64,000 bases of DNA from positions 620,001-684,000 of the forward strand of contig NW_026250422.1 of NCBI RefSeq assembly GCF_024521635.1, in the 5' to 3' direction. Below the pieces are notes generated by a model. That model was given only the letters and a program-made list of their open reading frames with translations. It did no database searches and was not told the DNA's origin. The DNA comes from Tricharina praecox. Taxonomy: Eukaryota. Below, piece after piece: positions 48,701 through 61,681 of the stretch (within the stretch, counting starts at the first letter, position 1; each line of letters starts with the position of its first letter). A program made the position numbers and the translations under genes.

Positions 48701-51700
48701 TATGTGACGAGCTCTCAATTGTTCGGTCGCGAAGGGAGGACGAGTGCGAGTGCGAGCCACACAGAAAACAGCAGCAGCAGAGGCGACGACGGGTAGCTGT
48801 GGTGGCAGCAGCAGCAGCAGTAGCAGCGGTGTAGTTGCACGAAGCAGCGGGGAGCGTGCGCCTTGCCAGCCCTGGTTAATGGCGGCGGTGGTAGTGGAGT
48901 AGAGTAGGTACGGTATGTAGCAACTAGAGAAAGCTTCGTTTACGAGTTATTTCATTTAGGCTACTAGCAGTAGGTGTGTCGGTTTGATGTATGTGGAGAT
49001 GGACACTATGCAGAGCACGTAGGCAGGTAGAGTGTATAAAGAATAAAGGGGGAGGGGAGGGCGGGGCGAATTCTCGATGGAGGAAGGAAACGCCTTCAAG
49101 ACTCAGGTAGGCGGGCAGGCTAGAAAAGGCAGTCTGTTTTTGGGTGAAGAATCCGGGAGGTTTTTTTGGGCTTTGGTTTTGGGTTTTGGATTTTTGGGTT
49201 TTGGGGGGCGGTTGTTCGAGCGAGAAGAAGGACCAGCGGACGTCGGACGTCGGACGGACCACGCACTATCCCCGCCGCACGACTTGCCGAATGTTTCCTT
49301 CCTCCGCGAGCCTCAGCCTCTCTTGGTCTCTACTGCTGCTGTTTCTGCTGCTGCTACGAACCAACAGCAACCACGAGTAGAGTACTCGCATACGACCGGT
49401 TGCGGGTGAACCGGATTCCGAGTGGGAGGAGCGCGGGGGGCAGCCTGGGGGTGGTGGGTGAGACTATAAGTGAGTGGGGCCAAGAATAGCCGTGAACGAA
49501 TTTTTGAGACTTTTTGGCAAAAAAAATTGACGTAGGTATCATACTTGGAGTCTTGGATGTGTCCAACACGTACCCGTATCCGCTTTGTAAGGGGGAGAGA
49601 GCGCGATGCCTGGAACAGTGACAACCCCCCTCGGTTGGATTTCCTCCGCCTCCGGGGGGCAAAGGAGAGGGGGGAGGGGGCGGATTGATGATTAGGCTAG
49701 GAATCTCACGAAATATATTGGTGTCAAGACGAAGAGTTGGACGGAACACGCGGCGGCCGGCGATCTCGGACGGCTGAGTGGATCACTGAGTGCCTAGGTA
49801 AGTAGTAGGTACTGTGGGGGTGTAGGGATCGTTGCTAGTCCATTCTTCATCATCTTCTTCTTCTTCATGTTCTTCCTGTTGTTCTTCATTTTCTTCACTT
49901 GGTTAGAGCACACTTTCCGCTCTCCATTCACGCACTGCATCGAATCAGATCGATGGACAAGCGGGAATGCCGTGCTACACACACCGGAGCAAAAATGATC
50001 TTCGGGTGCCGCCATATTACTTATGATGAGCTCTTATGATACTACATAGCCGCTCCGCCGCCCAGCGACTTCCATCAAGTTCTACGCTCAGTGCTCACTG
50101 ATCACGGAAGCAGCAGCCACACACGCCTTGGATCGTTGAGGGGACGGTGGAAACCGAACGCTACGATGCTAGGTACATCTACATAGCAGGCGCAGGAAGG
50201 CTGGCTTACGCTGCGGAGATGGCGGCACTTTTCCGCCACGCTCGCGACACGACACTGCGACAGCACTCAGGAGTCAAGTCTCACCGTCGGTCTGACTACT
50301 TTCCACTTCACTTCACCCTTCCCACTTCACTTCACTCTTCGCTCTCCATGCTTCACCCTTCACCTCCCACCCCACACGCTAATCTTGGTTCCTCCCCCTC
50401 CGCTCAGACCACCGCCGATAACGATGGCCCAGGATACCGTGCTCTACCATGCCGATTGATCGCCAGCACCAGTCCGAGCCCTATGTACGTATGATACATG
50501 ATACATGACCAAGTACTCGCATACGCAGAGCATCGACGCTCCGACCGCAAGTCTGCGAGTCTGCGACATGATGATGCCGGCTGTCCCGCGTATATTTATA
50601 TCCGCGTCGCTGTACAATAGGGATATACGCACCGACGACCGTGCACGGCCGTCAGATGTTCCTCGGAGTCTTAGAGTCTGGAGTTTCGGACCTGTTGAAG
50701 TCTGCACCTTTTTTTTCTTCTCTTCTTTTTTTTCCCCCATCTCTCTCTCACGGAGGGCCCGGACAGCAATTCGTATGTAACGTTACGGATCCCATCCATG
50801 TAAACAGCCTGCCTGCCAGCACTGTGCAGGTGAGGCTGACAGTGAGCGAAGAGGTTGGGGATGAACTTGGGGAACTGGGGGGCGTCTTCCGGCCTTTCTT
50901 CCGGCCCTGTCTCCCGGCCCTGTCTCCCGGCCCTGTTTTCCTGCAGCCTACAGGCACGTCGCAGAGTTTGAAGGGCTGACGAGGAGGTTATCGATGAAAA
51001 ATGAGGAAATGAATGTGCGACTGCGTGTGCCGCAGAGGTGAAAATCACAGTGACCGGTAAAGTACATAAACTTGCTGTGCGATGTCGCCGCGAGCTCGCC
51101 GTGTTGGCGGTTTGGAGTGTTTAGAGTGTTTAGAGAAGCGAACAGTTCGAAATTCGAATGGAAATGACAAATCCAGTGTCTTCCACAAGTACCTAAATAC
51201 CTCCTCCGTCGGATCCGGCATCAGCCATCATCCCTCGCTCGCTCCGAAGTTCCGAACTCGAGAGTTGTGTACCGCTATCTAACCTCTAACCAAGCAGGTA
51301 CCCAGGTACCCAAGTGCACAAAGAGTTGATACGGTAGGTGTCACTGGCCACGGGTACCTACTCTACTCTACTTTGCTACTCCGGAGAGCGACGGGTGATT
51401 AGTTGGAGCTCGAGATGTCACTCGTCTTAGAGTACTATTCATCCGGATCCGGATTTGGGAAGTCGATATGTGTGTTTCCTCGATGTTTCTTCTTTATTTC
51501 GTCCGTCGAATCCTAGGGAATGTGGCACTGCGGGTACGGGCCTTGTATTAGCTACATATCAACGACCTCTCCTTGCAGCTTCCAACATAGGTGTCCGAGC
51601 GGTACATACCAAGTCGTGACATGTCCTCCCTCCCCCATGGCGATTGACTCTTGAGCACGGACCATCACTGTAATCGCAATCGAAGAAACATGTTACAAGA

Positions 51701-53166
51701 CCACTGCCTCCCTAGGTACGGTACTAGAACTTTAAATAAGCAGCCTGGGTAGACAACCGTACCTAGCCACCTTCCGTTCGATATCGTCACCAGATAACGA
51801 GGTCACGAAGGAGCAACTTCCAGACTACAGTCTATAGGTAGTACAGACAATATAGATGACTGTCCATTAAACATTTCGTGATGGATGAGCCATGAGCGTG
51901 GTGGTGAGTGTGCATTCATTCATGCTACCTAGTATGTACCAACTACAGCACTCAGAATCGATGCATTCTGTCGAATATATTGTAGCACTGCCACGATTCT
52001 TACCCCTCAGTGGACTGTACTCTGCGCAGTTAATGAGATCTCCGGATGGTCTACGGTATGGCTCTTTTTGCATGTTCAGGTTTTTGTACCTACATCGTAT
52101 CTGTGGTCCAAAACGGGCATTTGTGGTGTCTACAGAACGGGCCCTGGGCAAATACCTACTGTTGGCATCCTACATTCCTACTTCAAGAGCCCTTGGAATT
52201 TAGATATCATACCTAGTAGCAGGCGGTCTATCGCAATCCCTCCACAGTCGGTCCAAACCCGCGTAACCGCACTGGGACCATGGAGTGGATACGGCACGGT
52301 ACGGCTGACGATATCATCTGCAATCAGGTCCGAAACTCCGGGACTCCGGGGAACGGAAACGAAAGTGGAGTCGAAGGGTCATAGACTCTGGAGGCGAAAC
52401 CGCACCGCACCAGGTATTCATCCGGGAGTCATCCGGGAATCGGCGCTGCCGCTGACGCTGGCGGTGACGGTAACGGTGGCGATGGCGGTGACAGTGGCGG
52501 TGGGCCCGGCGCATCGAGTAGAGTGGTTACCCTCTAACCCGCCCACATACGCCCGCCCACCTAAGCCGCCCGCCGGACCGGGGCCGCGATCACGACGACG
52601 ACGACCGCGTATATATGTAGCCTGGCTGATGGATACCGTACCTGGAGGCTGGCTGTAACTAGTAACTACCCAGGTACGTGGTAGCGTCGGCGTCGGCCCG
52701 GAAGTCCGGCGTGCGAACGTCCAAAAGACCGATGTGACGCCGTTGTTGTTGGAGGCAGAGGCGGAGGCGGAGGAGGAGGGGCAGGAGAGCGCGGTTCGCG
52801 GGTGGCGAGTCGAATCGTGAGTCGTAGGCCGCCTGGTGTACTACCTAGGACCGTAGAGTAGCTGGGGCGTTTCCGAGTAGGCGGCCGGGAGGACCGAGTT
52901 CGCACCGAGTTCGCACGTAGGTTTCATGTGTAGGTTACCGCTGGCTGCATCGAGCTCTGAAGTCGAAGTCTGAATCGTAACATCGTGATCGCGATCGAGA
53001 GGTTAGCACGCAGGGGGTTCCTTCAACACTGCTCCGCGCCGGGCGGGGATCCACCGCTGCCTAAATAGTCTTTGGGCAGATATAGACACGTCGCTTCTAC
53101 ACTCTAGAGTTGTTTCCATTATGTCGGAGAGTTTAGTACGTACCAACCTACACACATACCGGAGTA

Positions 53167-53198
<32 letters not shown>

Positions 53199-54928
53199 GA
53201 GTACGTACATGCAGCCTGGACGCTGTGGAGTACAGCAAAGTAGAGTACAGTAAAGTGAAACGGATATCGATCGATATAGCGACCCGCCCGTAGGCCCAAG
53301 GAGCCCACACGGAAGAGGTCGAAAGTGACGATCAGCTAGGCTTCCAACGTAAAGTCTACCTGGTACCAGCTCGAAGCTCGAAACTCGTCGGCTCCAGTGT
53401 CCAGTTTCCAGTGTCCAGACTCAAGCTTCAGACTCCACTCGGTGGAATGTTTGACGCCTCGAAGGATTGCGATTGCAATTGCGTTTCCATACTTCCAACC
53501 AGGTGTTGGAGTATCATCCCCCTCGATCGCTTCGAGAAGCTACGGTATTAGGTACCTGGGTAGATACCATTTAACCTACGGTCATCGAAACGAATGTCAA
53601 CACTCAGAGTTGAGTTGAGTTGAGTAGCGTAGCGTAGAGGAGAGTAGGGAGTAACCACCGCCATTCAAGCGACGACCTCCATCCTCCCCTCCCAGCCAGC
53701 CGCCAGCTTCCAAGAAACCCAAAACCCGCACTCAATCACCACCGCTCACCCTTCCCAGTTCCAAGCCTCACCCACTCTTCCACACCGCCAAGCCCCCTCG
53801 TCTCCCAGTGCGCCCGCCGATCGATCCCCCGTCCCCCCACATTCCTCTTCTGCCGGGGCCGTCCCCGTCCCCATCCCCGTCCTCGTTCACAAGCGATCCT
53901 CCATGGCACGGCTAGTTCGTACCGTACATAGCAAGCGGAAAAAGTACCGACCCGCGGGTTTGCATGCACCTACCGTAAGGGGGCAGCGGCCCCCTCGCGG
54001 CGGATTCTCCTGCAGAACAACTCATCGCGCGCGCGCCGGAACTCTCAACGGTTTCATAGTATGTAGAGTACGGTATGGGTGCTTTAGTCTCCCGGGGACC
54101 GGCGCTGGGCCGGTATGTAGAGCAGGTGGGTATGAGGGGGATGGATGCGGCGCCGGGCGCCGGGCGGACCGGGTGCCCGAGGGCTGGGGATTGTGATTAC
54201 TGTACTCTACAGTGCGCTCGTATCCAGCCACACCTGCACCTGGCACGCCACTCTGAGGCTCCGCCGTTTCCACTAATAATCGGAGCACTCTTCGCTTCTC
54301 TCCTCTTCCAAGGTACCGTACATAGTGGAGAGAGCTTCCTTATCCGGGAACACAGCCTAAGCTTCAGCCGGTACTCCCCTCCCCTCGACTCTGCCGTACT
54401 CTACCGTACTTTATGCAGATGTCCAACGGCCTACGGACCGTCGCGGAGTAACCACCGTAGAGTACTCTACCTACCCCAGGAATCGGAACATCGAAATACC
54501 GGAGTGTTGAAATACCGGAACAACGGGACCCCCGAGCATCTACCGGTATGTATAGTACTCTAAACGCCGCCGCCGCCGCCGCCGCCGCCGCTGGTTCGGT
54601 GGGATTGACGCTCTTTGCGAACTGACACCTCGTATGCTAGAGTAGGTAGAGCACTCGTGAGCTCGCTGTTTGTGCCTCTCCGTGAGGGGATCGCTAGCTA
54701 GCTACCGGTGCTGCCTATACTGGTGCTAGTACTAGTACACATCAGCAGTCTATGGACTCGACATACGAAGCTGCAACTAACTTCCTGGCCTACATAGGTA
54801 TTTCGCTCAGTGGCTTGCAGCAACAGGAGTATCACCAGCAGTTGGCAGCAGTGGCAGCAACAGTACCGACAACAGCAGCAGCAACACCAGCAACACCAGC
54901 TGTAACAGCAGTACCGACAGCAGCTTAA

Positions 54929-55008
54929 ACGCACTCTTCACGCACTCTTCACGCACTCTTCACGCACTCTTCACGCACTCTTCACGCACTCTTCACGCAC
55001 TCTTCACG
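54929..55008. repeat. 11-bp minisatellite (ACGCACTCTTC) x7
   Basis: Seven perfect copies counted. Confidence 0.97.
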
Positions 55009-56435
55009 TCGTGCGGTCGAGCCTTAGCAGAGCCCTAGGAGAGGTACTCTACATACATACAGTATGTATTGTACATGCCCTGCAGCGCGTATGTAACCAC
55101 TCTACTCTACCGTACTCAACCGTACATGTCTCCGCAATCGGTACCCAAAGCACCTGCTACCTGCTTTGCACCTAGAGCACATTGCACCTAGTACTAGCAG
55201 AGCAGCGTAAACCTGCGTGCGCTGGCTGGTACCAAACCGACATTCTCTCGATTCCCTCGAGAGGAGCTTTGACCCGACCTTTTCCCAGTCCGTGCATTCA
55301 ATCCGTGCAGTACAATCCGTACATCGCAGTGCAGCGCAGCGCAGTGCGTGAATTCCGTGCAGCTGCCTGCCTGCCTGCCAACAGATCCCATCCGGAGTTC
55401 TTACATACCAACATGCATACCAACATACCAATGCACGTGCACGTGCCATCCCACGTTGTTCTATCCATCTATTTTTTTCCTCGCAAATTTTTCTTTGCGA
55501 AGGAGCGAGCGAGCTGTCAGAATGTGAGCTGGTTCCGTCTGGTGTGCTGGGGTGGGTTGGGGTGATCCCGTTCCAGGGGGTTGGCATACATATTGGCATA
55601 TTGGCATGCGGTAAGTTCTCCCGACGGATCGTGGGGAACGATGGGAGGAGACGGGCGGACGTCGGAGCGAGGGAGCGAGCGAGGGCTGTAGGATAGAGTG
55701 CGTAGAGTGTGTAGGATATCACGAGGTGCGAATGTTTGGAACGCCCGCCGCCGCCCGCCGCCCGTGTGGGGCTCGTTTACACGGGTCAATTGTTCATACA
55801 TGTAGATGAAACGAGATGAGCCTGTGTATATTACTTGTTCATGTGAAGGCAGGAACAAATGGAACAAATGGAAGCGATGGAGCGGAATGGAATGGAGATG
55901 TCAGGGGTGTTCCACCCCCCATACTCTAGGGTTGAGAATGGGGGCCGGTCTCCGGGCCTTTTGTTTTTTCTTTTCTGTCTTGCTTTCTCGTATGCACTCC
56001 ATGCACACCGTCAATCTAGGCACTATTCGCAAGCGATTCGCTGGTTTCCTCCGACGCGGGCTGCAGGCGATTGACTTTTTGACTTTTTGGTTTCCTGCAC
56101 GTGTGGCGGGGACGGGAGGGTCGATACTGATGGGCAAGTCTTTGCGTGGTCGTGTCGGTGCCATCGTGTAGAGTACTTTACTCCATGTACGGGTAGGCAT
56201 GGGGTAGTTTTGAGGGGCCGCCGGAGCCTGGAGGAGGTGTGTAGATGTCTGCTGTTATGGGCGGACAGTAGGTATGGTATGTACTCCGGTAAATATGATA
56301 CCGGTACCGGTATCTACTCTACCTGTGTAAGGCGGGATTTGCAGCGGGGCCGTTTCGATGTTCACGATGATGATGACCAGTGCAGGCAAAGACTGCAGCC
56401 CATCCCTGAGCTCGGATGGACTGGACTGGACTGGA

Positions 56436-56496
56436 CTGCTCAACTGCTCAACTGCTCGACCGACTGCTCAACTGCTCAACTGCTCAACTGCTCAAC
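56436..56496. repeat. (CTGCTCAA)n interrupted octamer repeat
   Basis: Read directly. Confidence 0.85.
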
Positions 56497-57835
56497 CGAC
56501 CGATGAGAGGCATTCGATCGGGGACATTCGACGTCGAGCCACCACCACTAGGTACTACTGCCTGCCAGTCGGAAACTCTGCCGGAGACGACGAGAGCCAG
56601 AAAGATGCGCGAGCGTCGCGAGCGTCAGCCAGCATGGCGAACCTTGATCTATGTACGGTATGTAGCATTCGAGGGCCTGCCTGCTAGGTAGGTGCTCTAG
56701 TGTAAGGTTGTAGTCGTCGTCCTTGTCGTCGCCCTTGCCGTCGTCGAAACCCAGTTGATGTCGCAGCGAAAGCGAAGGTTAACTGCTACATGTGCACCTC
56801 GAGTACGCCAACCCGAGACGTCGTCGGCGTCGACGATCCGCCTCGAGTATGTACGGTATGTATGTGAGGGGTCTGCTACGTGTAAGGCATGGGATGGGGA
56901 TCATCGGTATCGTAGATACGGCACCGCACGGTAGGTGTCCGGCCTTGGTCTCGAGTCTCGACCAGGCACAGCGTCGGCTGGAACCGAGGCGTATCGATAG
57001 GGCAGCCTTGACAACGCGGCTCGCGGACAGCGGGGAAGGGGGATTGGCCGGGCGCGGCTGTGGCATACGGCACCCACCTATCGGTCTCGGTCCCACTTCC
57101 CACTGTCCCAGCCTCGCGGGCAAACGGCACCAGTGAGCGATGGGAGGGGAGTGCTGCACGGGTACTGTGCTAGACAGTAGTGCTGTGTAGTGCGGTGCCG
57201 CGATGTGTCGTGCTGTGCAGTGCTGTATGTATGTCGGTGCTTGGTTAGCAGGCACATAGCACACATGCTCCATTTCACGGCTCTCATTCGAAAGCAGCAG
57301 GTATCAGAAGCACCGTGGAGTAGGTACTGTACATACATGTCGCCGCCTCCGATGCAGAGAATGCCTGTGTCTGTCTGTCCGCCAGTCCGCCCGTCTGTCT
57401 GTCTGTCTGTGCCTTTCCAGTCGTACCGTGCCGATGCGAGGCACCGAGCAGCGATTCGATTGGTGCCGATGGAAGGCCGGATGGATCCTGGATTGGTCCT
57501 GGAAGCCTCAACGTTCCATCCGACCCAGTTATCCAGCACCGAGTCGCTAGCGTGTGCTGCCACGATCCCATCCGCGACAAATAATAATGCACTCCCAGCT
57601 GTCTAGCGCCAGGGACCGGGTGCAGCTGTGCAGTTGCAGTGTGCACTTCTCCAACATTCCGTTCGTTCGTTCGGTCGTTCGTTCGCATGTCAGCCATGCA
57701 CGCAGCCTGCGGCCTTTCTTCCTTCCCCTTCCCTCACCCCTCGTTCCCCGATGGCGATTGCGCTGCTTGCTTTTTTGGCGATCCCGACTGGGAGTCTGAG
57801 CCAGCACGCACACCACACACACACCACACACACGC

Positions 57836-57913
57836 TCGGACTCGGACTCGGACTCGGACTCAAGCCAGACTCAGAACTCAGACTCAAGCTCAGACTCAGA
57901 ACTCAGACTCAGA
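57836..57913. repeat. (ACTCRG)n hexamer repeat
   Basis: Read directly. Confidence 0.85.
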
Positions 57914-58679
57914 CGCCAGACGCAAGCGGGTTGGTAAGAGTGTGATGCTTTGATACCCACCGAAGCCCGAAGGTGCTGCGAAATTTCTGGAATCTTGGAT
58001 TGCGCAGCAGCAGCAGCAGCAAAAATACCCACCACCACCGGCAAAAGTGGTTTTGTGGGGTATCAACCTGTTTCCATCCAGAACACCCGCCCGCTGCTCC
58101 ATCTAGAGTGCCGTACCGTAATCTACATACCTCCTCTACTATAGCCTCTGTAACTAGAGGAACTCACTGCTCGGCGCTGCTCCATCTAGAGTGGAATATC
58201 CTTCACAAAACCGTTCCTCCCGTACCCAGGCAAGCAAGTAGCATAGGCACTCTATCTGCATCCGTGCACAGCGAACAGCGTCGTCGTCGTCGTCGTCGCT
58301 CCCATCGCCCACCCCCCGCGTCTGGATTCCAAACTCAGGAGTTAGTTCCTGCAGGAGTCAACGGTGCAGCCATCTCCCCCACGATTGATGTGGATGGATG
58401 GATTCGTCACGTTTGGTTATTTTTGAGTTCGGGTTGTGTTTGGCGGCTGGCCGGCCACGGTGCCAAGCCGTGCCGCAGCCTTCGCCCCCCTTACTTTCTG
58501 ACTCCTTAGCCTACTGGGCCTGCCTGCCTGCCTGGCGGGCTGTCCTGCCATCCATTTATTTAAAGGACAACCTGTCCTCTACATCAAGTGTCCAGCACCC
58601 TCAACTCCGAGACCACCACCACCACCACCACCACCACTCCCACTACCACCACCACCACCATTACGAGAGCCCCCAGTGA

Positions 58680-58718
58680 ATGCTCATCGAACATACCTTA
58701 GCTCCTCCCAGTCATTAG
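58680..58718 (+). promoter_or_regulatory. uORF (MLIEHTLAPPSH*) in the putative hacA leader
   Basis: Only ATG seen between the TATA-like TATTTAAA (about 58557) and the hacA start. Confidence 0.5.
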
Positions 58719-58954
58719 ATAGCTCCTTCTCCTCTACCCTCATTACCTCCCTCCCAAACATTCTCTCTCTTCTTACCTTCCATCACCGAAAAGAAAGCAA
58801 GAACCACTCTCACTACAATCCCATTCGGCCCTATTCCCATCAGGCCCTACTACTACCACTACTACTCACCACCGCCGAACCTACCCTCCGCTACCAATCC
58901 ATTTACTCCTGAACTCGCCCTTCGCTTCGTCCCGGTCTGCAAAGCTTCTCCAAC

Positions 58955-59952
58955 ATGTCGATTATCTTCGAGGACATCCTTGGCGCTACCAGATCCCAGA
59001 GCCCCGATGACTTTTCGTCACCGTGCAGCCCCCAGAGCTCGCGGGACACCACACCCACAAGCTCGCCACCTCCGTCATACAGTGGCTCCGTGGATGGCAC
59101 AACAATCAAGACCGAGTCCGACAAGACGGAGACAAAACCCGTAAAGAAGAGAAAGTCATGGGGCCAACAGCTTCCCACACCGACCACAAACCTCCCTCCT
59201 CGGTATGTTCTGCTTGCGGACCCTTACCTACCTACCTGCCAAGCACCCTTAGACTAACCGTAATGCAGTAAGCGAGCAAAGACCGCCGAAGAGAAGGAGC
59301 AGAGACGAGTAGAGCGTGTGCTCCGTAACAGGGCCGCCGCTCAGAAGTCAAGGGAAGTCAAGAAGCAACAGTTGGAAGCTATCGAGCAGGAGCGAGATGT
59401 CCTCAAGCGAGAGAACGAGGTTCTGGCAGCCGAGAACTCGCACTTCCAGAGCATCGTGTCGCAGATGCAGGATCGCTTCCAGCAGATGCAGGAGGAGAAC
59501 CGCCGATTGCGTCTGACTTCCGGATCCCCCGAACAAGAACAACAACACCAGCCACTCATGGACGACAAGCCTCTCGACGAGTTCGTCTTCGACACCAACT
59601 ACGGTCTCGACCCCACCTCTCTCTTCTCCGCCACCGGAACATCCCAAAACGAGCCAGAATCCCCCTGTATGACACATCAACCTGCCGCGTTGATGTGTGA
59701 CCTGCCGTGTCTGCAGGGGAAACCGATTATGGCAATATCTTCGATATTGATGGGATGTATCTGGATGGCAGCCTCGATTGTCTCTCGGACGGCGACAGTG
59801 GTCTCCCGTCTTCGCCGGAATCCTCTTCGGCCCTCTCACCTGAGCGACTCCTCGACGAGTTCCTCGACTGCGAACGGGGCGCTTCCCTGGCACATGACGA
59901 GTCTGATCTGCTGCACGGTTTTGGCGCATCTACGGATCGCGACGGATTGTAG
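58955..59952 (+). CDS. hacA: bZIP UPR transcription factor HacA/Hac1, induced form; spliceosomal intron 59203-59268 and Ire1 intron 59685-59704; uninduced frame stops at 60142
   Basis: KKRKSWGQQLPTPTTNLPPRKRAKTAEEKEQRRVERVLRNRAAAQKSRE, MTHQPA motif at the splice site. Confidence 0.96.
59685..59704 (+). other. 20-nt non-spliceosomal (Ire1-cleaved) intron
   Basis: CTG^CCGCGTTGATGTGTGACCTG^CCG; two 7-nt CNGNNGN loops on stems; no GT-AG ends. Confidence 0.93.
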
Positions 59953-61681
59953 CACGCAGCAGGCTGCGTCTAGTGCCGCGGAGGCTGCTCCGCGAGCGTC
60001 GAGTGATGCTCGCCTGGTTTCCGTCTCTAGTGTTTGTGGTTCGAAGTGGTCAAGGCGGAGTTTGTTGGACGCAACAAAACCCGTTCGGAGCCATGGGGCG
60101 AGAAGGGAATGGACTGGTATACGATCATGTCTGTTCCGGTAATTTTGGGTTGGGGGGTCCTCCTTGGTTTTTGTTTTTCACGTGGTGTTTTCGGTGTATA
60201 AAAGGCGTTCTTTCCTCTTTCCTCTCTAGTTGTTTTTCTTTTATTTCCTTTTTCATGAAACGTTTTTCCTTTCTCTGTTACCTTTCACAGCACTCCTTGG
60301 ACGGGCCAGGTCGAGTCATGAAACGGTTGGGTGGTCTAAACAAAAAATACTTTTCTTTAACTTTTTCTTCTTCGGTCGTATTGGGAATATACGGATGGCG
60401 GTTGGTTGGGTTGGGTTGGTTGAGGGGGGTTGGTTGAGGAAAGCGACGGATAAGGACGGGGATGTGATGTGACGAGTGGGTTTGATAGCCGCCGTGTTGA
60501 ACTGGCTGGCTCACTACTCGGATCAGAACTGATCTTGACTTGACGGAGATTTCTTGGCTGGTCTTTCTTGACTGATCTTCCTGGACCGACGGATGGGATG
60601 GGATCGGTGGAGGGGATGGTGACGGGATGGGATGGCATGGGGATGGGATCGGTGGAATGAAACGCGATGGGATGCGATGGGATTTGATTGATGGAATTGA
60701 TGGGTTGGAGAAACCTGGAATTGATTGTTGTTTGCGATCATTACTACTCTTCATCTCTACTGTGCTTTCCTTCGGTGAAATGTAATGTAATGTGACATGT
60801 GAACTTGAAACGAAACGAACAAACCAAAAAAAAAGTTGGCACGCAATTATCTCGGCCGGACAATAGAAATGCCATGACAATTCCCTGCCTTGCCTACAGA
60901 GATGACTCCTACCTAGATGTATGTACCTATACCAAACCGAGGCAGAGCCATAATTTCATAATTTCATAGTTTCATAATCCCATAAACAACCATAACCATG
61001 CATTGCATGCATACCGGCAGGTACTCTACATGACCTGCTCGGTGGTCGGTGGTCGGCTTCATATAGGCATCATATATACTGGGTAAATGTACGGCAGCTA
61101 GATGGGCCTTACCACAGTATAGCAGAGTAGAGCACCGTAGTATATTCACCCCCGGATCCACGGATCCACGGATCTCCAGTTCCAGCTGCTGCTGGTCTCG
61201 CCAGGCTCGCCAATTCGGTGTTCAACTTTCAACTTTCAACATCATCCGATGTCTTTACTACCACAAAGTACTTTACATTTCAATATCCAAAAAATCATAT
61301 CCGGTTCGTACTTGAGTATTCAAAGCAAAATGATATCCTATCCCATCCGAAAAATTCAATCCAAAATCCAAAATCCAAAATCCAAAGCCAAAAGCCAAAA
61401 GCCAAACGGATGAACGCTCGCAAATCTTGCCGAAAAAAAGAAGAGAGAACAGAGACAAAACACGCCAAATTCCCCCAACTAACCAACTAACCAACCACTC
61501 CCTCCCCACTCCTGCAGGAAAATCACAAAACGAGCGCAAGAAGACAAGACAAGACAAGACAAGACATTACAATTGGTTTGGTAGATGTGGGTCGAGGTCG
61601 AGGGGAGAGACAGTTTCGTAGGAGGTGTGAGGTGTGAGGGGGGTGTGAGGGTGAGAAGAGAGGAGGGCGGAAGGAGAAGGA

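Noticed and set aside
49000..58500. Many 60-200 aa ORFs in the spacer (e.g. 52068-52658, 53903-54196, 55102-55722)
   Set aside because: Low complexity, repeat-derived, often non-ATG starts, no codon bias or consistent splice pattern
60390..60450. TGGCG...GCGAC resembling the yeast HAC1 3' bipartite element
   Set aside because: Matches are only 5 nt and the intervening G/T-rich sequence cannot form the required stem
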